From Lysobacterales bacterium (GTDB lineage: Bacteria > Pseudomonadota > Gammaproteobacteria > Xanthomonadales > Xanthomonadaceae), in the NCBI GenBank assembly GCA_038235795.1, contig JBBSTP010000001.1, positions 1-44,730 on the forward strand: a DNA stretch of 44,730 bases, written 5' to 3'. The notes under the pieces are model-generated. The model ran no database searches. It saw only the letters and a list, made by a program, of their open reading frames with translations, and was not told the origin of the DNA. Below are positions 16,880-25,863 of the stretch, in pieces; position 1 is the first letter of the stretch; each line of letters begins with the position of its first letter. The translations under genes were made by a program, and so were the position numbers.

Positions 16880-17986
16880 ATGACAGTCCTCAAGAAATCC
16901 CCCGCCGCTGCGGCACTCGCGGAGTTCAGCGACTTCAATCTGAAAATGGCGCGCGGCCAGATGCTGCTCGGCAAGATCAAGGACGAGCACGTCCAGATCG
17001 CCACCGCCGACAAGGAAGTGGTGTTTCGCGAGGACAAGACCACGCTCTATCGTTACAAGCCTACGGCCAAACGGGCCCTGGGTATCCCGGTGCTCGTGGC
17101 CTATGGCCAAGTCGGTCGCTACACGATGACGGACCTCCAGGAGGACCGTTCGATGCTGCGCAACCTGCTGGCGCTCGGCGTCGATGTCTACGCCGTCGAC
17201 TGGGGCAGCCCGACGCGCAGCGACCGTTGGCTCACTTTCGAAGACTACGTCGACGTCTACCTGAACGACTGCATCGAGTTCATTTGCCGCGAACACAAGG
17301 TTTCGGCAATCAACCTGTTGGGCATCTGCGAAGGCGGTGTTTTCTCGCTGTGCTACGCGGCGCTGTACCCTGACCGCGTCAAGAACCTGATCCTCGCGAT
17401 CACGCCCGTCGACTTCCATCAGGACCAAGCCGAAAGCCGAGTCAACCATGGTCTGCTCAACATGTGGGCGCGAGGCCTGAGCGCCGAAGATGTCGATGCA
17501 CTCATCGAGGCCAACGGCAACCTGCCGGGTGAATTGATGAGCCACATCTTCACCCAGCTGACGCCTGGCGCCACCTTGTCCAAGTACAACGTGGGCCTGC
17601 TCGACACGTTCGACGATGAGAAGAAGTTGCTCAATTTCCTGCGCATGGAAAAGTGGCTGTCAGACCGGCCGCACCATCCTGGCGAAGCGGCCAAACAACT
17701 CCTTGTCAACCTCTACAAGAACAACGAACTGATCAGGGGCGAGTTCGCGCTCGGCGGCCGCAAGGTCGATCTAGCCAGCATCCGCATACCCGTCCTCAAC
17801 GTCTTCGCTAAAGACGATCACATCATCCCGCCCAAGACCACGCAGGCATTGCGCGGCGCCGTCGGCAGCAAGGACTACTCGGAAATCGGTCTGGATGGTG
17901 GCCATGTCGGCGTGTTCGTCAGCGGTAAGTCGCAAGGGGTGCTCGGCAAGGGCATTTTCGACTGGCTGAAGAAACGCGATAGGTAG
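16880..17986 (+). CDS. phaC: Class III poly(hydroxyalkanoate) synthase catalytic subunit
   Basis: 368 aa; DLQEDRS, DVYAVDWG, LLGICEGG (Cys), TPVDFH, FLRMEKWL, KDDHIIP (Asp), GGHVG (His). Confidence 0.93.
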   Translation: MTVLKKSPAAAALAEFSDFNLKMARGQMLLGKIKDEHVQIATADKEVVFREDKTTLYRYKPTAKRALGIPVLVAYGQVGRYTMTDLQEDRSMLRNLLALGVDVYAVDWGSPTRSDRWLTFEDYVDVYLNDCIEFICREHKVSAINLLGICEGGVFSLCYAALYPDRVKNLILAITPVDFHQDQAESRVNHGLLNMWARGLSAEDVDALIEANGNLPGELMSHIFTQLTPGATLSKYNVGLLDTFDDEKKLLNFLRMEKWLSDRPHHPGEAAKQLLVNLYKNNELIRGEFALGGRKVDLASIRIPVLNVFAKDDHIIPPKTTQALRGAVGSKDYSEIGLDGGHVGVFVSGKSQGVLGKGIFDWLKKRDR

Positions 17987-18013
17987 CCCGTGGCGCGTCG
18001 ACAAGACAAGGTA

Positions 18014-18949
18014 ATGGAACCTCGGCTGAAGGAGGTTTCGGTGCTGGGTCACGGGGGATTCCGGCGACTCTCGTACGCTGAATGGGGGCCGGAGAAAGCC
18101 GAGCGCACCGTGATGTGCGTGCACGGCGTCTCGCGCACGGGCCGCGACTTCGACGTGCTTGCGGCTGCGCTGGTGGGAGCCGACGATGTTCGGGTTGTTG
18201 CACCCGACCTTCCGGGGCGCGGGCGCAGCGAGTGGCTTTCCAAGCCAGCGCACTACACCGACCGGGCCTACACCGGCGCGCTGTCCACGCTCATTGCGCG
18301 ACTCGATGTGGAGCAGTTGGACTGGATCGGCACATCCCTTGGCGGCCACATCGGTATGCTGATGTCGTCGGAGTACGCGACGCCGATCAGGCGGTTGGTG
18401 CTCAACGACTTCGGCGCACGCGTTTCCGCATCAGCCTTGCGACGCATCGGGGCCTATTTGGGCAAACGTTGGCGGTTTGCGTCTGTCGATGACCTCGAGG
18501 CGCATCTTCGCGAGATCCACGAGCCCTTTGGCAACCTGACGGATGCCCAGTGGCGCCACCTTGCGAAGCACAGCGCGGCACCCGATCCCACCGGCGGGTT
18601 CCGCTTTCATTTCGATCCGGCCATCGGCGCACGCTTTGCCATCCCGATCTACCTGGACGTCGTGCTGTGGCAACTCTGGGACAAGATCGATTGCCCGGTG
18701 CTGATCCTGCGCGGCGAAGACTCGGATCTGCTGTGCGACTCGACGACCCGTGACATGCTCAATCGTGGCCCTGCGGCCAAGGCGGGCAGGGTCACCGTCG
18801 TCGAAATTCTGGAGTGCGGACACGCACCGGCGCTGATGGAAGCGACGCAGATCGAAGTCATCAAGGACTTTCTCCTCTCCCCAACCCCCGTGCAGGCGGG
18901 CGGGCACGCGCGTCAGCCGCAGCGCGCGCTGAGCGTTCAACGTCCCTGA
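18014..18949 (+). CDS. Alpha/beta hydrolase, PhaZc/PhaY2 (hydroxyalkanoate-oligomer hydrolase)-like
   Basis: YAEWG...CVHGVSRTGRDFD...PDLPGRGRSEWL...GTSLGG...LNDFG...RGEDSDLL...GHAP resembles Ralstonia PhaZc as recalled; alternative start GTG 17990. Confidence 0.75.
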   Translation: MEPRLKEVSVLGHGGFRRLSYAEWGPEKAERTVMCVHGVSRTGRDFDVLAAALVGADDVRVVAPDLPGRGRSEWLSKPAHYTDRAYTGALSTLIARLDVEQLDWIGTSLGGHIGMLMSSEYATPIRRLVLNDFGARVSASALRRIGAYLGKRWRFASVDDLEAHLREIHEPFGNLTDAQWRHLAKHSAAPDPTGGFRFHFDPAIGARFAIPIYLDVVLWQLWDKIDCPVLILRGEDSDLLCDSTTRDMLNRGPAAKAGRVTVVEILECGHAPALMEATQIEVIKDFLLSPTPVQAGGHARQPQRALSVQRP

Positions 18950-18956
18950 GCACACG

Positions 18957-20912
18957 ATGAAGCAAGACAAGATGGTCACGGCCGAAGAAGCTGTCGCGTT
19001 GATCCGCGACGGCGACTCGGTCAGTTGCTCGGGCTTCGTGGGCATTGGCACCCCTGAAGCACTGATCGAAGCGCTGGAGCGGCGCTTCGTCGACACACAG
19101 GGACCGCGCGATCTCACACTGGTGTTTGCCGCGGCGCCGGGCGATGCCAAGGAGCGCGGCCTCAATCGGCTGGCGCACCCGGGCCTGGTCAAGCGCGCCA
19201 TCGGCGGCCATTGGTCCCTCGTGCCCAAGCTTGGGAAGCTGGCCACCGACAACCTGATCGAGGCCTACAACCTTCCGCTGGGCGTCGTCTCGCACCTGTA
19301 TCGCGACGTGGCAGCACATCGGGCCGGAAGCCTGAGCAAGGTCGGCATGGGAACCTTTGTCGACCCGCGCCATGGCGGCGGCAAGATCAACGCAAAGACC
19401 ACCGAGGACCTGGTGAGGGTCATGATGATCGATGGTGAGGAATGGCTGTTCTACAAGACCTTTCCGGTCAACGTGGCACTGATCCGCGGCACCACCGCCG
19501 ATGCGTTCGGCAACATCACGATGGAGCGCGAGGCGCTGGTGCTGGATGCGCAGGCGGCTGCGATGGCCGCGCGCAATGCCAATGGACTGGTCATTGCGCA
19601 GGTGGAGCGCATCGCCGCGACCGGTTCGCTGGATGCGCGCAGTGTCGTGGTGCCGGGTGTGCTGGTCGATTGTGTGGTGCTGGCACAGCAGGCTTCACAC
19701 GTTCAGACCTACGGCACCGACTACAGCGCTGCGTTCTCGGGCGAGATCAGGGTGCCGACCGACAAGATCATGCCCGCGCCGCTCGATGAGCGAAAGCTGA
19801 TCGCCCGGCGTTGCGCCTTCGAATTGCCACTGGGCGGGGTGATCAATCTGGGCATCGGCGTGCCAGAGGTGGTCGCTGCCGTTGCAGCGGAGGAGCGCGT
19901 GCTGGACGCCTTGACGCTCACGGCCGAGCCCGGTGTGATCGGTGGCATGCCGCAGGGCGGCCTGGATTTTGGCGCGGCAGTCAACGTTCATGCGCTATTG
20001 CACCAGAATCAGCAGTTCGATTTCTACGATGGCGGCGGGCTCGACCTCGCCTGCCTGGGCATGGCCGAGATCGACCGCATCGGCAACGTCAACGTGAGCC
20101 GCTTCGGGCCGCGCCTGGCAGGTGCGGGCGGCTTCATCAACATCAGCCAGAACGCTCGGCGCCTGGTCTTCGCCGGCACATTCACCGCGGGGGGGCTGCA
20201 GATATCGATCGACGATGGCAAGGTGCGCATCGACGTCGAAGGCAAGGTGCGCAAGTTCGTCGACGCGGTGGAGCAGATCACCTTCAGCGGCGCGCAGGCG
20301 GCAGCCAAGGGCCAGTCAGTGCACTACGTGACCGAGCGTTGTGTCTTCAAGCTTCGGCCGGAAGGGCTGCAACTCATCGAGGTGGCACCCGGTATCGACG
20401 TCGAGCATGACATCGTCGCGCACATGGGTTTCCGACCTGTGATCGGCACCGTGAGCACCATGGATGCGCGCATCTATCGGCCCAAGTCGATGGGCCTGGC
20501 TGCGGTGCTGCAAGACCTTCAACTCTCCGATCGCCTGAGCTATGACGTAGAACGCAACACGCTATTTGTCAACTTCGAAGGCATGGCCATTCGTAGCGCA
20601 GAAGAGATCGAGAGCGTGCGCCGTGTGTTCGAGGCGCTGTGTAGCCAGATCGGCCGCAAGGTGAACCTGATCGTCAACTACGACGGCTTCAAGCTCGACG
20701 AGATGGTGAACGAGGCGTACGAAGAGATGGTTGCCACACTGCGGGCGAAGTACTACGCCACGGCCCGGCGCTACACGACCAGTGCCTTCATGCGTGCCAA
20801 GTTGGGCCCGAATTTGCAGGCCCGCCAGGCTTCGGCGCGCGTCTTCGAGACACGCGCCGACGCGGCCGAGTTTGTTCGCAAGCTGCAGCATTTCACTCCG
20901 ATCGCCGCCTAA
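18957..20912 (+). CDS. Family I acyl-CoA:acetate/propionate CoA-transferase (Pct/YdiF-like) with extra C-terminal domain
   Basis: IEAYNLPLG, GTFVDPR, INLGIG, TAEPG (catalytic Glu), FDFYDGGGLD, GAGGFINISQ, YVTERCVF; about 120-aa C-terminal extension. Confidence 0.88.
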   Translation: MKQDKMVTAEEAVALIRDGDSVSCSGFVGIGTPEALIEALERRFVDTQGPRDLTLVFAAAPGDAKERGLNRLAHPGLVKRAIGGHWSLVPKLGKLATDNLIEAYNLPLGVVSHLYRDVAAHRAGSLSKVGMGTFVDPRHGGGKINAKTTEDLVRVMMIDGEEWLFYKTFPVNVALIRGTTADAFGNITMEREALVLDAQAAAMAARNANGLVIAQVERIAATGSLDARSVVVPGVLVDCVVLAQQASHVQTYGTDYSAAFSGEIRVPTDKIMPAPLDERKLIARRCAFELPLGGVINLGIGVPEVVAAVAAEERVLDALTLTAEPGVIGGMPQGGLDFGAAVNVHALLHQNQQFDFYDGGGLDLACLGMAEIDRIGNVNVSRFGPRLAGAGGFINISQNARRLVFAGTFTAGGLQISIDDGKVRIDVEGKVRKFVDAVEQITFSGAQAAAKGQSVHYVTERCVFKLRPEGLQLIEVAPGIDVEHDIVAHMGFRPVIGTVSTMDARIYRPKSMGLAAVLQDLQLSDRLSYDVERNTLFVNFEGMAIRSAEEIESVRRVFEALCSQIGRKVNLIVNYDGFKLDEMVNEAYEEMVATLRAKYYATARRYTTSAFMRAKLGPNLQARQASARVFETRADAAEFVRKLQHFTPIAA

Positions 20913-20934
20913 CACCGGGCGCACCTTGAAACCG

Positions 20935-21741
20935 ATGCAACTCACAGCCGTCGAGGTACTCGAACACGTGGTCAATAAGCCTGGCGCGGCCGGCGAAATC
21001 GCCAACGCCTACGTGGCAAAGGCCAAGCCGGACGGCTACACGCTCGGCATCGTCAACGTGCCTGCGTTCCTGTATGTCCCGATGGTCAAGAAGTCGCAGT
21101 ACCAGGTCGATGACTTCCGCCTGATCGCCCGCCTGGTCGACGACCCGACGGTGCTGGTCACCCGCGCCGACAGCAAGTACAACACGCTCTCCGACGTCAT
21201 CGGCGAACTGCGAAGCAAGCCCGAGTCGGTCTCGTTCGGGCACAACGGCATTGGCTCCAATGGCGACCTGGCGCTGGTGGCGCTGTCGTCCGCCGCCGGG
21301 GTGAAGGTCAACCCAATTCCGTACAAGGGAACCTCGGCACAGAAGACCGACATCCACGGCGGACACCTGGACTTCGCGGTCATCAGTGCGGGCGAGGTAG
21401 CCGAGCTGCATGGCGGCAAGACGGGGCAGCTCAAGGCAGTGACCCAGCTCTCGGAGAAGCGCTCGAGCGCTCTGCCGCAGGTGCCCACCGGGAGCGAAGG
21501 GAAGTTCGACGTGCTGATGTCGTCCGAGCGCGGCATGGCCGCTCCCGCCAAGATGGCGCCTGAGATCGCCAAGCAACTCCAGGACGCCGTGGAACAGACC
21601 TTGCGCGATCCGGAGTTCATTGCGGCAGCGGGCGGCGACGCACCGGTGCTGGCCTACCTGCCGGGCGGCCAGTGGCAGCAGTCCCTGAAGCAGAACAGCA
21701 AGGCCCTGCGCGCCGTCGCCGACAAGGCGCCCAAGCAATAA
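20935..21741 (+). pseudogene. 5'-truncated Bug/TctC substrate-binding protein
   Basis: Homology starts at VVNKPGAAGEIA...KPDGYTL...IPYKG; the signal peptide and the YP..PI..IVP..PGG..D motif are absent. Confidence 0.8.
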
Positions 21742-21751
21742 GCCGGAACCC

Positions 21752-22678
21752 ATGACACAGAACACCATCCTCATCACCGCGCCCAAGGTGCGCCCGGAAG
21801 CCGCCGACTTGCTGCGCGACCACCGGCTGGTCTGTACCAACGCTTCCGTTACGGAGGACGCCCTAGTCGACTTGTGCATCACCCAGCAACCGGTGGCGAT
21901 CCTCGCCCGCTACGGCCTGTTCAACGAACGTGTGTTGAGCGCTTCCGCGCGGCTGAAGGTCATCTCGCGCCACGGCGTGGGCATGGACGCCATCGACAAG
22001 GCTACTGCGAAGCGGCTTGGCATCGCGGTCGAGGCGGCCATAGGTTCCAACAGCCAGGCGGTTGCCGAACACGCCATCGGACTCATGTTCGCTTGCGCCC
22101 GCAAGCTGGCTTGGCGTGACCAGCACATGCGGCAGGCCCACTGGGACAAGGACGCCTGCCTTGGGATGGAACTGCAGGGCACCACGCTGGGCATCGTCGG
22201 CTGCGGCTCGATCGGACGCCGGGTCGCCGAGTTCGGTAAGGCCATGGCCATGAAGGTGCTGGTCTGCGACCCGTACCTCACGGCGAGTCAGCTGCCTGCC
22301 GACACGGTCAAGGTCGAGTTGGACGAACTGCTTGGAAGCTGCCAAGTTGTCTCCCTTCACTGTCCGTTGACTGCCGAAACGCGCGGCGTGCTCACTGCGG
22401 CCCGGCTGGAGCTGCTCAAGCCAGGGGCCATCGTCATCAACACCGCGCGGGCAGGCCTCTTCGACGAGCAGGCCATGCTGGACAGGCTGCACGAAGGGCG
22501 GCTCAGCCTCGGCCTGGATTGTTTCGACGAGGAGCCCTTACCGGCAAATTCTCCTTGGCTCGCCGCGCCTAACTCCGTGATGACGCCGCATGTCGGCGGC
22601 ACCACCGACGGCGGCATGCGGGGCATGGGTGTGGGCGCGGCGCGCAACATCCTCAAGCACCTGGAGGCACGGTCATGA
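21752..22678 (+). CDS. D-isomer-specific 2-hydroxyacid dehydrogenase (SerA-like, no ACT domain)
   Basis: SRHGVGMDAID, NSQAVAEH, GCGSIG, SLHCPLT, INTARAG, EEP, TPHVGG. Confidence 0.9.
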   Translation: MTQNTILITAPKVRPEAADLLRDHRLVCTNASVTEDALVDLCITQQPVAILARYGLFNERVLSASARLKVISRHGVGMDAIDKATAKRLGIAVEAAIGSNSQAVAEHAIGLMFACARKLAWRDQHMRQAHWDKDACLGMELQGTTLGIVGCGSIGRRVAEFGKAMAMKVLVCDPYLTASQLPADTVKVELDELLGSCQVVSLHCPLTAETRGVLTAARLELLKPGAIVINTARAGLFDEQAMLDRLHEGRLSLGLDCFDEEPLPANSPWLAAPNSVMTPHVGGTTDGGMRGMGVGAARNILKHLEARS

Positions 22679-23349
22679 TCGGGCTGCAGATCCTTCAGCG
22701 CCAGCGGGCCGTGTCCCTTGCCCTGGCCGAACGATTCAAGGCGGTGCCGGTGGCGAACGTCAGCGACCAGATGTTCCGCATGTCGGCCGGCGGCGCGCGG
22801 CTGCGTCCGGTGCACGGCGGCGGTTATATGGCCGGGCCGGCGCTGACGGTGAAGGTTCGGCCCGGGGACAACCTGCTGGTGCACAAGGCCCTGCAGATGG
22901 CGGTCGCCGGCGACGTGATCGTGGTCGATGCCGGCGGCGACCTGACCAACGCCATCATCGGCGATATCATGCTGGGCCACGCGGTCCAGCGTCGGCTCGC
23001 AGGCTTCGTCATCGACGGCGCCGTGCGCGATGCCCACGCCATTCAGGTAGGGTCCTTTCCGGTGTTTGCCGCCGGCGTCACGCACCGGAGACCCTACAAG
23101 GATGGCCCGGGTGAGATCAATGTGTCGATTGCCATCGACGGGATGGTCGTGCATCCCGGTGACCCGATGCTCGGCGACGACGACGGCATCCTCTGCGTGC
23201 CTTTCGAACATGCCGAGGCCCTGCTAGAAGCCGGCATCCGCAAGGGCGAGGCCGAGGCGAAAATGGTCGCGGACATGGCCAGCGGCGCCTATGACGCCAG
23301 CTGGGTTGATGTCAATTTGAAGCGCATCGGCTGGGTGGAGGTAGAGTGA
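22675..23349 (+). CDS. RraA/HMG-aldolase family protein
   Basis: ANVSD, GPALTVKVRPGDNL, GDIM, DGAVRD, GPGEINV, GDDDG. Confidence 0.88.
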   Translation: MIGLQILQRQRAVSLALAERFKAVPVANVSDQMFRMSAGGARLRPVHGGGYMAGPALTVKVRPGDNLLVHKALQMAVAGDVIVVDAGGDLTNAIIGDIMLGHAVQRRLAGFVIDGAVRDAHAIQVGSFPVFAAGVTHRRPYKDGPGEINVSIAIDGMVVHPGDPMLGDDDGILCVPFEHAEALLEAGIRKGEAEAKMVADMASGAYDASWVDVNLKRIGWVEVE

Positions 23350-24773
23350 ACCAAGCCCTTGCACACGAGGCACTGGCGCGTATCGTTGGTCCGGCGCATG
23401 TCCTCACGGGAGACGAAGCGTCGCCCTATTTGACGGACTGGCGCGGCCGCTTTACAGGCCGGGCGCTGGCGGTTGTGCGCCCTGCAAACACAGAAGAAGT
23501 TGCCGGGGTGGTGCGAGTCTGCGCCGAACTTGAGATCCCCATCGTTCCGCAAGGAGGCAACACGGGTCTGTGCGGCGGTGCCACCCCCGATGATTCCGGC
23601 CATGCCGTGGTCCTGCTCACCAGCCGCCTGAAGCGCGTGCGCGAGGTGGACATCGCCAACGACACGATGACGGTGGAAGCCGGCTGCATCCTGCAAACCG
23701 TGCAGCAGCAGGCGCAAGCTGCAGGCCGCTTGTTCCCCCTCTCGCTCGGCGCCGAGGGGAGCTGCACCATCGGCGGCAACCTGGCGACCAACGCGGGTGG
23801 CACCGCGGTGCTGCGGTACGGCAACATGCGCGAGCTGACGCTTGGGCTCGAGGTGGTGGGCGCCGACGGACAGGTGTGGCATGGCCTGCGGGGCCTGCGC
23901 AAGGACAACACAGGCTACGACCTGCGGGACCTGTACGTGGGCAGCGAAGGCACGCTCGGCATCATCACGGCGGCTACCATCAAGCTGTTCCCGCAGCCGG
24001 CGGCGCAATGCACGGCGCTGCTTGCGCTTGACGGCGTCGAGCAGGCTGTGGCCTTGCTGTCGCGCGCACGAGCCGGGTTCGGCGCCGCTCTGACCGGATA
24101 CGAGTTGATGGCGGGGACCTGCCTGCGATTGGTCACGCAGCATTTCCCGCAGCAGCGCCTGCCGTTCGAGGCCGCTTCCGCCGCAGCGCCGTGGTTCGCG
24201 CTGCTCGAGGTCTCCGACTCCGAAAGCGAGCAGCACGCGCGGGAACGCTTCGAGACCGTGCTGGGCGAGGCGATTGAGTGCGGTGATGTGCTGGACGTGG
24301 TCATCGCCGAAAACATGGCGCAGAGCCATGCGCTGTGGCACCTGCGCGAAAGCATCACCCTGGCCGAAGCCGAGTCCGGCAAGAGCATCAAGCATGATGT
24401 CTCACTGACCATCTCGCGCATCGCCCCGTTCTTGGCCAAGGCCGATGCCCGCCTGCAAGAGCGTTTCCCCGGCATCGTGCCGCTCACCTTCGGGCACCTC
24501 GGCGACGGGAACCTCCACTACAACCTGGGCAGCTCCGAGCGCTTCACAGACGACGACTTGATGTCGCGCCAGGCCGACATCTATGCCACGGTGCATGACC
24601 TGGTGAGCGAAATGAATGGTTCCATCAGCGCCGAGCACGGCATCGGCCAGCTCAAAGTCGGCGAAATGGCCCGGTACAAGAGCGCACAGGAGATCAGGCT
24701 AATGACGCTGGTGAAGCAGGCGCTCGATCCGCAGGGCCTGCTCAACCCCGGCAAGGTGCTGCCCTCCCATTGA
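23346..24773 (+). CDS. FAD-binding oxidoreductase, D-2-hydroxyglutarate/D-lactate dehydrogenase-like
   Basis: PQGGNTGLCGGA, FPLSLGAEGSCTIGGNLATNAGG, LRKDNTGYDL, KHDVS, GHLGDGNLHYN, SISAEHGIG, LNPGK. Confidence 0.9.
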   Translation: MNQALAHEALARIVGPAHVLTGDEASPYLTDWRGRFTGRALAVVRPANTEEVAGVVRVCAELEIPIVPQGGNTGLCGGATPDDSGHAVVLLTSRLKRVREVDIANDTMTVEAGCILQTVQQQAQAAGRLFPLSLGAEGSCTIGGNLATNAGGTAVLRYGNMRELTLGLEVVGADGQVWHGLRGLRKDNTGYDLRDLYVGSEGTLGIITAATIKLFPQPAAQCTALLALDGVEQAVALLSRARAGFGAALTGYELMAGTCLRLVTQHFPQQRLPFEAASAAAPWFALLEVSDSESEQHARERFETVLGEAIECGDVLDVVIAENMAQSHALWHLRESITLAEAESGKSIKHDVSLTISRIAPFLAKADARLQERFPGIVPLTFGHLGDGNLHYNLGSSERFTDDDLMSRQADIYATVHDLVSEMNGSISAEHGIGQLKVGEMARYKSAQEIRLMTLVKQALDPQGLLNPGKVLPSH

Positions 24774-24832
24774 AGACAAGCGCATAGGCACGACACCAGC
24801 GCATTAATTGAAACCGAAAGAAGGAAAAAACC

Positions 24833-25825
24833 ATGTTGATTCGCACCCTCAGCTGTCTTGCCGCCGCCGTTCTGGCGGCGTGCGCCACCCAAGCGCCTGC
24901 ACCCACGCAGGCAATGGTGGAGACGCACGTCGAGAAGGCGCGTGCGCTCGCTGGCGCCGACCTACAGTTCCTGATGCCGGTCTGTCGGCCACAGCCCGCT
25001 CGGCGCCCCGATCCAGGCGATCCGGCCATGGAACAGAGGCTTCACCGCGAGATTGCACGCACCCCGCCGGAGCCCGGGCAGGCTTTCGACAACCTGTACT
25101 TCGTGGGATCGGCCTGGGTCAGCGCCTGGGTGGTCAAGACCAGCGACGGCCTGATCCTGATCGATGCGCTGAACAATGCGCTGGAAGCCCAAGGCTTGAT
25201 CGAAGGCGGCATGCGAAAGCTCGGTCTCGACCCCGCGCAGATCAAGTACCTGGTGGTCACCCACGGCCACGGAGACCACTACGGCGGTGCGCCTTCGCTG
25301 GTGGCGAAGTACGGAATGCGGGTCGTCGCGAGCGAGATCGACTGGCGGATGATGGAGACGCAGCTGGAGTTCGACTCGCCGCAGTGGGGCCGACCGCCCA
25401 AGCGCGACTTGGCCGTGTCCGATGGCGACAAGCTGACGCTGGGTGACACCACCGTGACCCTATATGTCACGCCCGGCCATACCCTGGGCACCCTCTCGCC
25501 AGTGATCGAAACTCGCGCGGGCGGGCGCACCCACAAGGCCCTGTTGTGGGGCGGCACCGCATTCAACTTCGGCAAGGACATTCCCCGCCTGGACGGCTAC
25601 ATCGCCGGGACAGAGCGCATGCGCGAAGTGGTCCGGCGCGAGAAGATCGATGTCTTCCTGAGCAACCACCCGGCGTACGACGCCACGGTGCCGAACCTGG
25701 CGGCTATTCGGCAGAACCCGGCCGCACCCAACCCTTATGTCCGAAGCCCTGCGGCTGTTGAAAGGGCGCTGCAGACCCTTGGCGAATGCGCGCGGGCGCA
25801 GCGCGTACGGTTCATGATTTCTTGA
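24833..25825 (+). CDS. MBL-fold hydrolase, subclass B3-like, predicted lipoprotein
   Basis: LAAC lipobox, DNLYFVG, THGHGDH, TPGHTLG, late NH. Confidence 0.85.
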   Translation: MLIRTLSCLAAAVLAACATQAPAPTQAMVETHVEKARALAGADLQFLMPVCRPQPARRPDPGDPAMEQRLHREIARTPPEPGQAFDNLYFVGSAWVSAWVVKTSDGLILIDALNNALEAQGLIEGGMRKLGLDPAQIKYLVVTHGHGDHYGGAPSLVAKYGMRVVASEIDWRMMETQLEFDSPQWGRPPKRDLAVSDGDKLTLGDTTVTLYVTPGHTLGTLSPVIETRAGGRTHKALLWGGTAFNFGKDIPRLDGYIAGTERMREVVRREKIDVFLSNHPAYDATVPNLAAIRQNPAAPNPYVRSPAAVERALQTLGECARAQRVRFMIS

Positions 25826-25863
25826 CCAACGGGTGCTCTGCAGAGTGCACAACGCGTAGCGCT

